This document shows, in pieces, positions 23,093 to 35,725 of a stretch of DNA of 64,000 nucleotides. The stretch comes from Hemiscyllium ocellatum (lineage: Eukaryota). Position 1 is the first letter of the stretch; the number at the start of each line of letters is the position of its first letter. The position numbers and the translations under genes were made by a program. The notes beneath the pieces were generated by a model that made no database searches, was not told the origin of the DNA, and saw only the letters and a list, made by a program, of their open reading frames with translations. The DNA lies in the NCBI RefSeq assembly GCF_020745735.1, contig NC_083412.1, positions 46,441,181 to 46,505,180 on the forward strand. Direction: 5' to 3'.

Positions 23093-23464
23093 GGCACGAT
23101 GGCTCAATGGTCAGGCGGCACAGTGGCTTAGTGGTTATCACTGCTGCCTCACAGCACCAAGGACTCGGGTTTGATTCCCACCTCAGGCTATTGTCTGTGT
23201 AGAGTTTGCATATTCTCTCTGTATCTGTGTGGATTTACTCCAGGTGCTCCAATTTCCTCCCACAATTCAGAGATGTGCAGGTTAGGTGAATTGGCCATGC
23301 TAAATTTCCCACAGTGTTCAGGAATGTGTAGGTTTGGTGCATTAGTCAGGGGAAAATGAAGAGTAATAGGTTAGGGGAATGGGTCTGGTTGGGTTGCTCT
23401 TTGGAGGGTTGGTGTGGACTTGTTGGGCTGAATGGCCTTTTCCACACCGTAGGGATTCTATGAT
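23093..23464 (+). mobile_element. Full-length HE1-like V-SINE with a duplicated head segment
   Basis: GGCGGCACAGTGGCTTAGTGG A-box, GGTTTGATTCC B-box, V core (TGTGTAGAGTTTGCA...TTCCTCCCACA), CR1-like tail ending ATTCTATGAT; extra GGCACGATGGCTCAATGGT in front. Confidence 0.92.
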
Positions 23465-24789
23465 AAACTCATATAAACATATAGCAATATTGTTTTCTGA
23501 CAGATTTCTCTAGTGCCGTCCTGTTCTCTGTGATTCATACTTCTCACCTTTCAAGTGGGGGAAGGATTTAGGAAAGTGGGTAAGTTTGAGGCCATGGAAA
23601 TTTTGCTGGAGAAGCTAAGAAGTTATGGTCAAGGAGCCATGTCTTGCACACCTCTGGAGAGATTGCAGAGGTAGAGTGGGGTAGTGAAGGTTTGCATTGT
23701 CATGGTTTGGAGTGAGACTACAAGGGTATGTGAGAAAAAACAGAGAGTGCAAGCAGCATGGTGAGAAAGGGGAAAGCCGCAAGGTGGGTGTGAGGATCAG
23801 GAAAGGATGCAAATGGTCTTTAGAGAGAAGGGGAAATTACAACAGGCAGGCTGCCAGGGAGACAGGAAGAGAGAGTTTGGATTCAGAATTTTGCACTAAT
23901 TGCTTTGAAACTGGTATTGTATGCATTCAGGTCAGAAGTCTGCTTGAAAAGTTCCAGAACATTATTTACAAAACTATAGTTATAACCCTACTTACCTTTG
24001 GTATTATAAATAAATGTTGAGGTTTACCATGGCTGCTATTTTAAGTATTAACTCCTCGTATAGGACAACTTCAAACCCAAAAAAAACAGAAAATGCTTGT
24101 CATGCACCTCAGATCAATCAAAACTTTCAAAGAAAAAGCCACCATTTTATAAATTAATTAGGTAGTCTATGATTGTCAGTGTAATACCACTTTAAATTTA
24201 AGGTGTGTTTTAGGCAAGAAAACTATTTAATGTTGTTGAAATATAAGCTTGCTGCAGATGTCTTCTTTCCAAAAGTATCACTGTCAACTGAAGCATCCTA
24301 AGGAGCTAACTGCAGGACTCAGTTACCAAAACAGAACGGAAAAAAAAACGAGCAGCTGAACCATGTACAATAAGGTGAAATCCCAAATGGCTGAATCAAA
24401 CTGAGATCTAGATCAAGAGAAGGTAACTGGAAGTAATCCGATATGATGCTGACAGCTCTCGTGGAGGACAAAGCAAGAATAGCTGGGAGTAGAGAATGGA
24501 AACTCTTAAAATGTATTCTCTTGTTAATCTAAAGCTGACACGGTCAAAAGGAAAACAAACACTGAATACATTCCATTACGTCTATGAAGTTTGCAGGTTT
24601 CACAACAAATGACATTATAGCCATAAATGTTCAGAATGGAATGTTTAGAGGTTTGGCCTAAACTGGAGTGAGTCTGGTGAATATGATCTATTGGCCAATT
24701 ATCTGCTAATTAACTGACTGGAAGAAATTTAATGGATTATTATTTTTTTTAAATTTGCATGTCCATTTTTGCTGGTACAACTGAAAAGT

Positions 24790-25270
24790 TAGAATGATGT
24801 CGTACAGAAGGAGATGAGCCTATCTGTGCCACTTCCTCTGAAAAGCAATCCAGTGACTCTACATCTTTCCCCATAGCCCTGCAATCTTCTTCTTTAAGTA
24901 TTTGTCCAGTTACCTTTTGAAAGCTACTGTTGAACCTATCAGGATGAGTATTCCAAATCATAAGTTTTGTGAAAGATTTTCCTCATGTCACCCCTGATCT
25001 TCTGTCAATTAGTTCAAATCTGTTTCACTATCCTTCAGCCATTAGAAACTGTTCTCTTTATTTCCTTTATCTTAGCACTTCATTATTTTGAACACCACAG
25101 TCAAATTTCCTCTTAGAATTCTGTGCTGTAAGAAACACAGTGCCACCTTCTACAGTCTATGTACACAACTGCAATCCATCATCCACAGAAGTGTTCTTCT
25201 AAATCTCCTTTACAAGAACTTTCATGACCTTGATAAAGTTAGGTGTGCACAATTTAAGTGCAATTACTAC
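24790..25270 (-). mobile_element. Ancient CR1 3' fragment
   Basis: IWN...F...LKE....GYG-like end and decayed 3' UTR on the minus strand. Confidence 0.55.
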
Positions 25271-25479
25271 TCATTTGGAAGTAGTTTTTATTAAAGCTGT
25301 GTTTGTGTTAATTGTGTTGAAGAGTGTGCATAATAGATCTTTTGATACTTCCAGAGAGAGCAAGCAGTTTCTAGTTTTGTGTGCTAGTGTGCTTTTAACA
25401 TTCAACCTGATACTACTCATTAACAGCAATCTGAAAAAGTGAAAAATATGCATGTTTTTCCATCAGTATAAGTACCCAG

Positions 25480-26165
25480 CAGTGTCACCTCCTGTCGATG
25501 CATGGAAACTCAGTCCCTCACAGAGCCAGGCTAAAACTTCACAGGAATGTGAAAGACATTTGACCCACAGACATCCAAGCCTACCAAAAAGTTAGGCACA
25601 TACTAGACTGGAGGGTTAAAGAAGTAAATCTTGATAAAAGAATTGGAGTGGAGTCCAAAGGTGGATTGCTGTCTAACTTGATTGTGTTTCGGGTGACTCC
25701 TATAAAAAAGTCATTGTCAACATAGTGCTTTGCCTTTCTTAAGGGAGGTTGCAAAGGGGCCCCCTGACATTTGGACAGCCTAGATTCAGCACAAATGTTG
25801 TCCAAACTTCTTCCCTGGAGAGTACACTCCAGTTTTAATGCCGGATATTAACAGCAATTATCAGCAATTATGAGAGATAAGTCCATCTCAGTTTGTGTTT
25901 GTGTTGTATAAGTCTGTCTTTGGCTATGGGAGCAGCCATCTGGGAAGATCCATGGTAAAATGCTGACCCATCATGTTCCATCGACTTCACTGGGTGAGGT
26001 TTAGAGGCTCTGCTAAACCAGTGAATAGAATTCAACACAACAAACACTCTGCAGCAAATGTAGCAGAGACTGTCATACCAGAGTGGAGATTTTGAGCCAC
26101 AGCAGGTGGTACTTAACAGAGTTGAGAACCTTGGCGCAAGCCATTGTCTTACCAAATGCAAGTTT
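25480..26165 (+). mobile_element. Ancient RTE-clade LINE 3' remnant
   Basis: LCSKCSRDCHTRVEILSHSR near 26047-26106 resembles the RTE C-terminal C2H2-like motif; RHILDW upstream; GGCGCAAGCCATTGTC 3' UTR; 5' limit uncertain. Confidence 0.6.
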
Positions 26166-27730
26166 GCCACCAAGTGTACAGTTTGAAGTTGATTGCCCAA
26201 GTGAAATTCTACTTGAGTTGCATGAGATCAGTGAAGGAACAAAGCACGAGAGACAAGAAGCAATAATTAATTAGTACAAAAGATTGGTCAGCCTCTGCCA
26301 ATCACCTACTCATCATATATACACATTAAACTTTAAGTATGCTGAAATAACATGCAGCATGTGACACTAAATAGACAGTTGTACAGGATTTTGAAAAGCA
26401 TAGGATTCTATATTTGTGCTATTGTTTCCCTTGTATAAAAACTCATGAAAACCATTCTCAAGATGAGGTTGCCAAGCATCCAAGAGTGTATAAGCATGCA
26501 ATCATTGCTCAGTCACAATTAATATTGCTGTTGATTACTTTGTTTAGGAAGGGTATCATTCCAACTAAGAATAGGAAGGTAAAGTTCCGTGTGCATTTTT
26601 TTTTCTGAAGGTGCTTTGCAAAACATTAGTCTCTGCTTTATTATTTGATGTAGGCTGTCTTGATCAATGCATGACATTGCTGATCTTCTGTTTTTGTACA
26701 AACAGTTATAATTTCCTTGTTTTATTTATTAGCAAATTGGCAGCTTGATCAACTGTGCTGTTTGATACTGGTACCAAATGTCAGTGCATCTCTCCTGATA
26801 TCTAGCACTACACAGTTCACATTTTCAAACAGCTGTGACCCAGCCAAAGGGTCAATATGTTTACGTAAGGTCGTTTATCTTCCAACTGAAGATGGTAAAA
26901 AAATGAACAATATTAAAATCCATCAATTAAATGTAGGGTGGTTACAAATAGTCACCCATCCAATCTTGTTGGTCAAATGTTGGTCATGATCATTGTTGGT
27001 CTATCTTTGTAGACTATCAAATAGGTCTCCTCATGAATTAGCCTTGACATTACACAATGTCATTCTACCAGCCTCATTGGCTAATACAAGTGTAATTTCC
27101 AATATTATACATTTGATACTAGTTATTATCACTGTATTATTGATACTTATTAATGAAATGTAATCAAGATAGTGATTAATGCATTTGGAGTAGTATCCAT
27201 TTCAATATCCACAGGAATTATTCTTAAAAATTATTTTTCTATTTACATTTGCATCTACTTATTCACAAGAGTTGGTGTGTCAAGCCATCTGATGTGTCTG
27301 GACACTCTGACCACCAATGGCCACCTATGATACAACTTCAATTGATATAATATGATACACAAAACATACTTTGTCTTGGCTAATACAAAGAGAAAATGCA
27401 AAAGATGTTTTTAAAAAAACTCAGTTAGAAACATCCATATAGAGAGAAATCAAGATAGTGTTTCAGAAGAAAAATCTTTTCCTGACCTACTCAATATTTC
27501 TTAAAATTTATGTCTTTATTTCCGACACCGGTAGGATTTTTGCCTTATGGAATTTTGTGCGCTACATAATGAAAAATTAAATTATTTTTCTTTCATTTCA
27601 TCTTGAATTTGAGTTTTTTTTTCTTTTTGGTAGTAAGTTTATGACAAATCTATCAGATTAGTAGAACATACAACAGAATTTCTCAGATGTTCTCCCTCCA
27701 CAGGGGGTCTTTTGTGTTTGTTTGCTAATA

Positions 27731-30670
27731 ATAGAACATAGAATAATACAGCGCAGAACAGGCCCTTTAGCCCTCAATGTGGTGCCAACCTGTGGACTTT
27801 GCTCAGCTCGTCCGCCTACGCTATCCCAAAAGCATCTATGAGCTTATCTAAGGATTGTTTAAATCTCCCTATGTGGCTGAGTTGACTACCTTAGCAGGTA
27901 GGGCATTCCACGCCCTTACCACTGCCTCTGACGTCAGTCTTAAATCTATCACCCTTCAATTTGTAGTTATGCCCTCTCGTACAAGCTGACGTCATCATCC
28001 TAGGAAAAAGTCTTTCTCTGTCTACCCTACCAAATCCTCTGATCATTTTGTATGTCTCTATCAAATCCCCCCTTCGCCTTCTTCTTTCCAATGAGAAAAG
28101 ACCCACGTCTCTCAGCCTTTCCTGATAAGATCTTCTCTCCAGACCAGGTAACATCCTGGTAAACCTCCTCTGTACCTTTTCCAATACTTCCACATCCTTA
28201 TTGTAATGGGGCGACCAGAACTGTACACAATATTCCAAGTGTGGCCGCACCAGTGTTTTGTATAATTGCAGCATGATATTGTAGTTCCGGAACTCAATCC
28301 CTCTACCAATGAAACCTAACACACAGTATGCCTTATTAACAGCACTATCCACCTGGGTGGCAACTTTCAGGGATTTTTGCACATGGACTCCAAGATCCCT
28401 CTGCACATCCACACTACCAAGAATCTTTCTGTTGACCAAGTACTCTGCCATCCTGTTATTCTTCCCAAAGTGCATCACCTCACATTTAGCTGCATTGAAC
28501 TCCATTTGCCATCTCTCAGCCCAATTCTGCAGTTTATCCAAATCCCCTTGCAACCTGTAACATTCTTCCAAACTGTCCACTACTCCACCGACTTTAGTGT
28601 CATCTGCAAATTTACTAATCCACCCACCTATGTCTGTGTCTAAGTCATTTATAAAATTGATAAATAGCAGTGGTCCCAAAACAGATCCTTGTGGAACACC
28701 ACTAGTAACTGGACTCCAGACTGAATATTTTCCATCAACCACCACTCACTGCCTTCTTCCAGAAAGCCAGTTTCTAATCCAAACTGCTAAGTCACCCTCA
28801 ATTCCATTCCTCTGCATTTTCTCCATCAGCCTACCATGTGAAACCTTATCAAAGGCTTTACTGAAGTCCAAGTATACCATATCAACTGCCCTACCCTCAT
28901 CTACATGCTTGGTCACCTTCTCAAAAAACTCAGTGACGTTTGTGAGACACGACTTCCCCTTGCCGAAACCATGTTGACTACCTGAAATCAAAATGTTGCT
29001 TGCTGGATGATTATAAATCTTATCATTTATAATCCTTTCCAAAACTTTTCCTACAACAGAAGTAAGGCTCACTGGTCTATAATTACTTGGGTCATCTCTG
29101 CTGCCCTTCTTGAACAAGGGCACAACATTTGCAATCCTCTAGTCCTCAGGTACTAAACCCGTATACAATGATGACTCAAATACCAAAGCCAAAGGCTCTG
29201 CTATCTCCTCCCTAGCTTCCCAGAGAATCCTCAGATAAATCCCACCCGGCCCAGGGGACTTGTCCACTTTCACTCCTTCTAGAATTGATAACACCTGTGC
29301 GTAACTAACATCAATCCTTTCTAGTCTAATATTTTGTACCTCATTTTTCTCGTCTACAATATTCTCCTTTTTCCTGAGTAAACACCGATGAGAAATGTTC
29401 ATTTAGTCCCTCTCCGATCTCTGCAGGGTCCACACTCCAATTCCCACATCTGTCTTTGACTGGCCCTATTCCTACCCTAATCAACCTTTTATTCCTCACA
29501 TACCTATAGAAAGCTTTAGGGTTCTCCTTTTTTCTGTTTGCTACAGACTGCTTGTGTCCTCTCTTTGCTCTTCTTAACTCTCTCTTTAAATCCTTCCTAG
29601 CTGATCTGTAACTCTCCATCGCCTCATCTGTAACATCTTGCCTCATCAACACATAAGCCTCTTTCTTCTTCTTAACAAGAGATGCAATTTCTGTAGTAAA
29701 CCATGGCTCCCTTACCTTATCACTTCCTCCCTGCCTGACAGGGACATACCTATCAAGGACATGCAATATCTGTTCCTTAAACCAGCTCCACATTTCAATT
29801 GTCTGCATCCCCTGCATTTTGCTACCCCATTCTATGCATCCTAATTCTTGCCTAATCGCATTATAATTGCCCTTGCTCCATCGATAACTCTTGACCTGTG
29901 GCATGTACCGATCCCTTTCCATTACTCAACTAAACACAACTGAATTATGGTCACTCTCTCCAAAGTGCTCACCTACAACTAAATCAAACACCTGACCTGG
30001 TTCATTACCAAGCACCAGATCCAGTGTGGCCTCCCCTCTTGTTGGCCCTTCGAAACCCTCCTGTACACATTGGACAAAAACTGATCCATCCGACCTACTA
30101 GAGCTATAACATTTCCAATCAATGTTGGGGAAGTTAAAGCCCCCATAATGACCACCCTGTTCCTTTCACTTCTACCTAGGATAATGTTGCTAATCCTCTC
30201 TTCCACCTCTCTGGAACTCTGCAGAAGCTTATAAAAAACTCCAAGAAATGTGACCTCTCCTCTCCTGTTTCTAACCTCAGCCCACACTACCTCAATAGAC
30301 GAGTCCTCGTCAAAAGTTCTGTCAGCCACTGTTATACTATCTTTGACGAACAAGGCCACACCTCCCCCTCTTTTACTGCCTTGCCTGTTTTTAATTAAAG
30401 ATTTAAACCTGCAACATCCATTCCTCACCCTGCTCTGTCCATGTGTCCGAAATGGCCACAACATCGAAGTCCCAGGTACATTTCCATGCTGCAATCTCAC
30501 CTCCCTTATTTCAGATACTTCTGGCGTTGAAATAGACACACTTCAAACCACTTCGCTGTCTGCCAGCGTATTTCAGTGACCCTGAAATCCTATCCCTGTC
30601 CTTCCTACTCTCATCCTCCTGTGCACTGCAGCTACACCTCTGCTTCCCATCCCCCTGCTGAGCTAGTTTA
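27731..30670 (-). mobile_element. CR1 family A with essentially all of ORF2 (APE-RT), 5'-truncated at the end of ORF1, lightly mutated
   Basis: LKCVYFNARSI, KRGGGVALFVK, SDH, EPWFT, KSPGP, NYRPVSLTS, DFSKAFDKV, GVPQGS, FADD across ORFs 29979-30539 to 27891-28745; TTCTATGTTCTAT tail. Confidence 0.95.
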
Positions 30671-31169
30671 ATAATTAAGTTGCTTTTTATCTTGAAATGA
30701 CTTAAGTACTTCAGTTTAAAGATGCAACATGCCTTCTAATTTCTCCTGAAATTTGATGGCATCCCAGCACTTTACAGTCACATTTTGTTTTGAATGTCAT
30801 AACTTGTAACTCAGTCTCATTTGTTTCATATGTTCAATGATTTTAGAACCAGGAGCAGGTCTACATGCAATTGATAACATTTCAAACTCAGTAGCTGTAT
30901 GTTTGTTGTATTTCAGATTTTTGACACCAATTCTTCTTTTCTTTCACCTCCATGGTTGAAGTATTATTTTACTGAATTGCATCAGGGAATGGCTAGAATC
31001 CTGAAGTTCTTTACCACCTGATTATAAAACGGTTAACAGTATTGACATAATAAACTGTACTTTTTATTTTTAAAGACGATGAGCTAAATGTTATGTCTCT
31101 GCCATAAAATTATATGAAGCTTTGATAATTTTGGAATGAAGCTAAGAGTTCTAAGATAAATATGATTTT

Positions 31170-31385
31170 CAGAGAATACCTACACTATGCAAGCAGGCCA
31201 TTCAGCCCATCGAATCCTCTGAAAAGCATCCTTCCCAGACCCACCCCACTATGCTATCACTGTAACTTCACATTTCTCATGGCTATCCCACCTAGCCTTC
31301 ACATCCCTGGACACTATAGGTAATTTAGCACACCAATCCACCTACACTGCATGTCTTTGGACTCCACACAGAGAGTCGCCTGGCT
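31170..31385 (-). mobile_element. Older HE1-like SINE, headless and internally deleted
   Basis: Tail and partial V core on the minus strand. Confidence 0.7.
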
Positions 31386-31469
31386 AAGTGTGATGGTAAC
31401 AGAAAATTTAAAGTGAAATGGCGGACTGATATTTAGAAGAAAGTTCAGAACAATTTGCACTGTGGTAAT

Positions 31470-31705
31470 AACAGCAACTTAGATTTGTATTGACGTTTAG
31501 TAACACAAGATTTTTCTCAGGAATGTGATCAGACAGTGTTTAAGAAGTAGCTCTCATGACAGTTGACTAAAACACAGTCAGCAATGTAGGCTTGATGAAG
31601 GGAGGGAGAGTGTGAAGTGGAAGGTAAAGTGATTTCAGGAAGAAAATTCAAGGATTCAGGGATGTGATGGCTGACAACATAACCACCAATAGTGAAGTGA
31701 AGGGA
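31470..31705 (-). mobile_element. L2 LINE 3' remnant
   Basis: Minus strand ends ...ATACAAATCTAAGTTGCTGTT; TIGG..V.....LNFLP-like coding end. Confidence 0.5.
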
Positions 31706-33785
31706 GTGTTTATATTAAATTCTGAGCATTTATATGTGAAATTGTGCTCTGTATTCCCAGCAACTGGCAGCTTGTGGTTGAGGGTCTCCTCCTTTCTATG
31801 CTGAGTTTAAGGACCTGTCTAATTTTTAGTGGTAGAGGATAGACCATCTGTGAATCTTAACAAGATGAGGCACTTAACTTCCATAACAAGAGGCAGTCTA
31901 TTGCAAGGGAACAATAAGTACAAGTTACATTAACAACTTAAATGTAAGCACTTCAGACTACTAAGAGACTGAGAAGACATTTCTTTCTCTATTAGTCCAC
32001 CCAATTCGACACCTAAGGACTTGTGTGACATCAGCAAATTGAATGGAATTTAATTTAACTTTATCTGAACTCTTTCAGAATCTGAAGATTTATGTGCTGA
32101 GAATAATCTTCACATAAAACGGAACATTGTGACGCTGTACTGAACTGGGATCTGGGTACATGGTGATTTCATTCAAAATCACAAGGTGTAAAATGAATAA
32201 TTGTGTCAAAGTATACTTTGCACGTTTTTGAATTTAACTACAAAATTTGAGAGATGCTTTGAGCACTTGGAAGCAGCATTATTTTCAAATGATTACTGAT
32301 CTGACATAAACAAGCCATGTTTAAGTTTTCATTTTTAGCAACATTGTCCCACAAGTCATGGGTAGTATTCACTAATCTTAGATGCTGAATCAGAAATATA
32401 TTTTACCATATTCTGTTGACTTCCTGTAATTACAGGCCTCAATGTAGCTGACATTTAACATATGAGGTATTACGTACTCATAATGCGCACAGTATCTGTT
32501 ACATTTGTACTGGGGTGAAATTTATATTAAAAATTTATTTCCCTGAAGATCTGATGGATGGCGAAATATGCCTCTAAATCTATGAATCTACACAACACTC
32601 AACTGCAAGAGCATTCCAGTTAAGCCTCCTCTTGATCTTGACTGATTCTTGTCCACACATGAGCACTTACCAGTTAAAAATATCATTACATAGGAATTAG
32701 GAGCAGGAACCTCGGCCGATTAGAGATAGATGGTGCAAATACCATTAGCTGAATGGCTTCTTTCCGCACTGTACTACTCCAGGGATATTTTCCTGCCCTC
32801 ACTATCTCCAGTTGTTTCGAAATGAATTGTATCACCCCAGTTGCTGCATGAATAAAATTAGCTGACATGAGAAAAACAAAGAATAAAACCTGAAAATTTT
32901 TAATCAATGCATTCCATTAGGTGCACTTTCCCAGGTTACTTGGAATATTTGATGCCCCTCATTCATAAATTGAAGGCCTGAATGGTACTATGTTAGCTGA
33001 TGTTAGGAAACAATAACAGCGGAATCACTGTCCTTAATGTTTCCAGGCCTGAAAAGAGAGAAAAAAGTCAGCATTCTATCTGATCGCCATGTAAGAAAAG
33101 CTTTACGAAGCAAATGAGAAGATTACTTGCAAGGCAAGATTGGCTTTGGATCGGATTTTGAGCGGAGAGAACTGTTTGACAGGAGAACATTAATTCGTCA
33201 GTTGTTAATAACTTTTTTTGTTTGCATTTTCTCTATTTCTGTAAAATTTTCTTTGTCCATTTCTGTTTTGATATTTCACTTTCTTTTTGTTGACACTTAT
33301 TTTGCCACTATTTCTGCCTCTGCTGTTCTCGAATGACATTTCTCTCCCTGTGCTGACAATTCCATCTTTATTCATAATGCCTCTCCTGTACATTGATGTT
33401 TCACTAGCTTTGCTATTTCTGTCCTTGTCTTGTCACTTACAATTCCCTGTACTCAACTACGAAACTGGGGAGTTTGGGGTGAGGGCGAGTGAAGGTTGGT
33501 GCCTGTATCTTGATTGGTGCAATTTTTGATTTAATTTAAATTGCCGTGAAGATTCCTCTCAAAGGCTGATGAAATATGAAATACGTTAATAGAAATTTTG
33601 TAAGATGGGCAGTGTGAATGAGAAAAGGTTGGGAGAGTGTATAGATTTAATAATAGTGGATTCCCTGCCTGTGATGTGCAGCACATATTCCGTCAATCCA
33701 AAGTGTTCTCACAATGTTGTGCATGAGTTTCTCTGTCATGGTTGTACACTAGACTGTATATAAGTGGTTAAAGGGAGAAGGAATC

Positions 33786-33787
<2 letters not shown>

Positions 33788-33859
<72 letters not shown>
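33788..33859. repeat. Perfect (TG)36 microsatellite
   Basis: Direct read, 72 bp. Confidence 0.98.
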
Positions 33860-33860
<1 letters not shown>

Positions 33861-34074
33861 TGGGGGAAACAACTGACCTTGAACATTGGAAAAGCCTCTA
33901 ACTTCACTCTGACCTATGTTGCCAAAGTATTTTGGCCTTTTGATATCTAATTGGTCTGTTTAAATAAATTTAAGGTTTTATGTATATAAGGCATTCCTTC
34001 AATTCCATTTTATTTTTATTCACTCATTGGGTGTGGACAACATTTATTCCATTTCCCGATTTGCCCATAAGAAC

Positions 34075-35100
34075 ACATCTGTTGTTAGTTCATTCCTAAC
34101 ACATTGATGAGCAATAATGACCCACAGTTTACAAGTGGAGAACTTAAATGCTTCATAAATGATTGGGATATTCAACACAATATTTCGGCTCTACACTAAC
34201 TTCAGTCAAATGGAAAAGCAATGCAAAATTGCCAAATGAATCATCAAGAAATCAAACATATTCAGCACAGATATATGAGGTAAAGCTTCAATGGAGGAAT
34301 ACATCCTCTGAAGCATGAGGGGTTGTGTCGTACAAAGACTGATGTCATGCTGCACCCAAGCTCTCTTTCCAATATGAAAAAATTACAGAAGCCGGAAACT
34401 GTAACTGGTGCAAGTGGGAAGCCAAATCTCATTTGGACAAAAGCTGAAGAAACTGTAGATGCTATAAATCAAAGACAAAAAATAGAAATTACTGGGAAAG
34501 CTCAACAGGTCTGGCAGCATCTGTGGAGAGAAATCAGAGTTAACCTTTTGGGTTAAGTGACCCTTCCTCAGAACTGGAGGAAGGATCACATGACCCAAAT
34601 GTTAACTCTGATTTCTCTCCATAGATGCTGCCAGACCTGCTGAGCTTTCCAAGCAAATTCTATTTTTGTCTCTCATTTTAACAAAGTTGATAAACTATTG
34701 TCAGAGTTCAGCATGAGAGAGCCAGTGAGGGTACGAAGCTTGAGTGTACTGAATAATAATCAGATAAAGTTGCAATATGGCACCTCGTCCATACACAATA
34801 GAAGTGAATGACCAGAAATACCATCCTAACTGCCACATAAGTGCATCTGGAGAAGCTATTTCTTTACTGCAGGCATTTGATCAGGAAGATGTGAACTCAC
34901 TCTGTGCACAATTCACAAATCAACCATCACACCCAAAGATCAACAGCACCCCAATGACAGAAAAGGGACAATGAGAGTTGCAATAACAATTTGCACACAG
35001 GCAATATCGCTGGGAAAGTAATATCACTTAGATTAACAAACAATGACAGAACATACATGCTATTCAGAGACCTGCACAATTTAAAGATGATGTATGCAAT
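34075..35100 (+). mobile_element. Gypsy/Ty3 LTR retrotransposon integrase remnant
   Basis: IPNTLMSNNDPQFTSGELKCFINDWDIQHNISALH*LQSNGKA (SDNGPQF...PQSNGKAE core), WRNT, QRLMS, PRPYTIEVNDQKY, RPAQFKD; no LTR recognised. Confidence 0.8.
34442..34670. mobile_element. Penelope-like fold-back insertion (family 3) inside the Gypsy integrase
   Basis: Inverted arms of ~100 bp folding at 34574-34576; minus strand AGTT-CTGAGGA-A-GGGT...ACCC-AAAA-GG-TT-AACT; 15-bp TSD TCTCATTT(GG/TA)ACAAA at 34427-34441 and 34671-34685. Confidence 0.85.
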
Positions 35101-35351
35101 GAATATGCAGAGGCTGATATGAACATTAAAGTACTAATGCGTGAGGATAATCAGTGTATATTGCACAACTTAGATAACTCAAATTATACGTGATGGTGCA
35201 TGTGAGATTATTAATTAACCCCTTCCCATTGCATAAAAGCAAGTCTGTGATAATTTGTTTCATCAATGTATGGGTTGAGAAATCTTATACTCATTCTAGG
35301 AATTCATTCACAATTATTGTATTGCTATATGTAGTTTGCTTAGTCTATATA

Positions 35352-35725
35352 GAGTCTTAGAGTTATACGGTACAGAAACAGACTCATCATCCAACTTGCC
35401 TGCACCGGCCAGATATCCTAAACTGACCTAGTCCCACTTTCCAGCATTTGGCCCATTGTTCCTCTAAACCCTTCCTATTCATATACCCTTCCAGATGCCT
35501 TTTGAATGTTGTAATTGTACTCATCTCTACTACATCCTCTGGCAACTCATTCCATACATACACTACCCTGTGCACGCAAAGGTTGTCTCTTATGTCTGTT
35601 TTAAATTATTCCCCTTTCATCTTAAAGCTATACCTTCTAGTTTTGGTCTCCCCTACCCTGGGAAAAAGACCTTGGCTATTCATCCTATCCACACCCCATA
35701 TGATTTTATGAACCTCTAAAAGGTC
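35352..35725 (-). mobile_element. CR1 family B 3' fragment
   Basis: RVVYVWNELPEDVVE..TITTFKRHL and the 3' UTR. Confidence 0.9.

Noticed and set aside
23990-24035. Minus-strand AG|GTAAGT donor with GCAGCCATGG upstream
   Set aside because: Frame stops after 8 codons and there is no good acceptor
26097-26112. CTCF-like CAGCAGGTGGTAC (weaker matches near 49232 and 50605)
   Set aside because: Mismatches at key positions; the first lies inside an RTE remnant
33566-33587. CTGATGA...GAAA as another hammerhead (also CTGATGA at 55323)
   Set aside because: No stem II or stem I pairing
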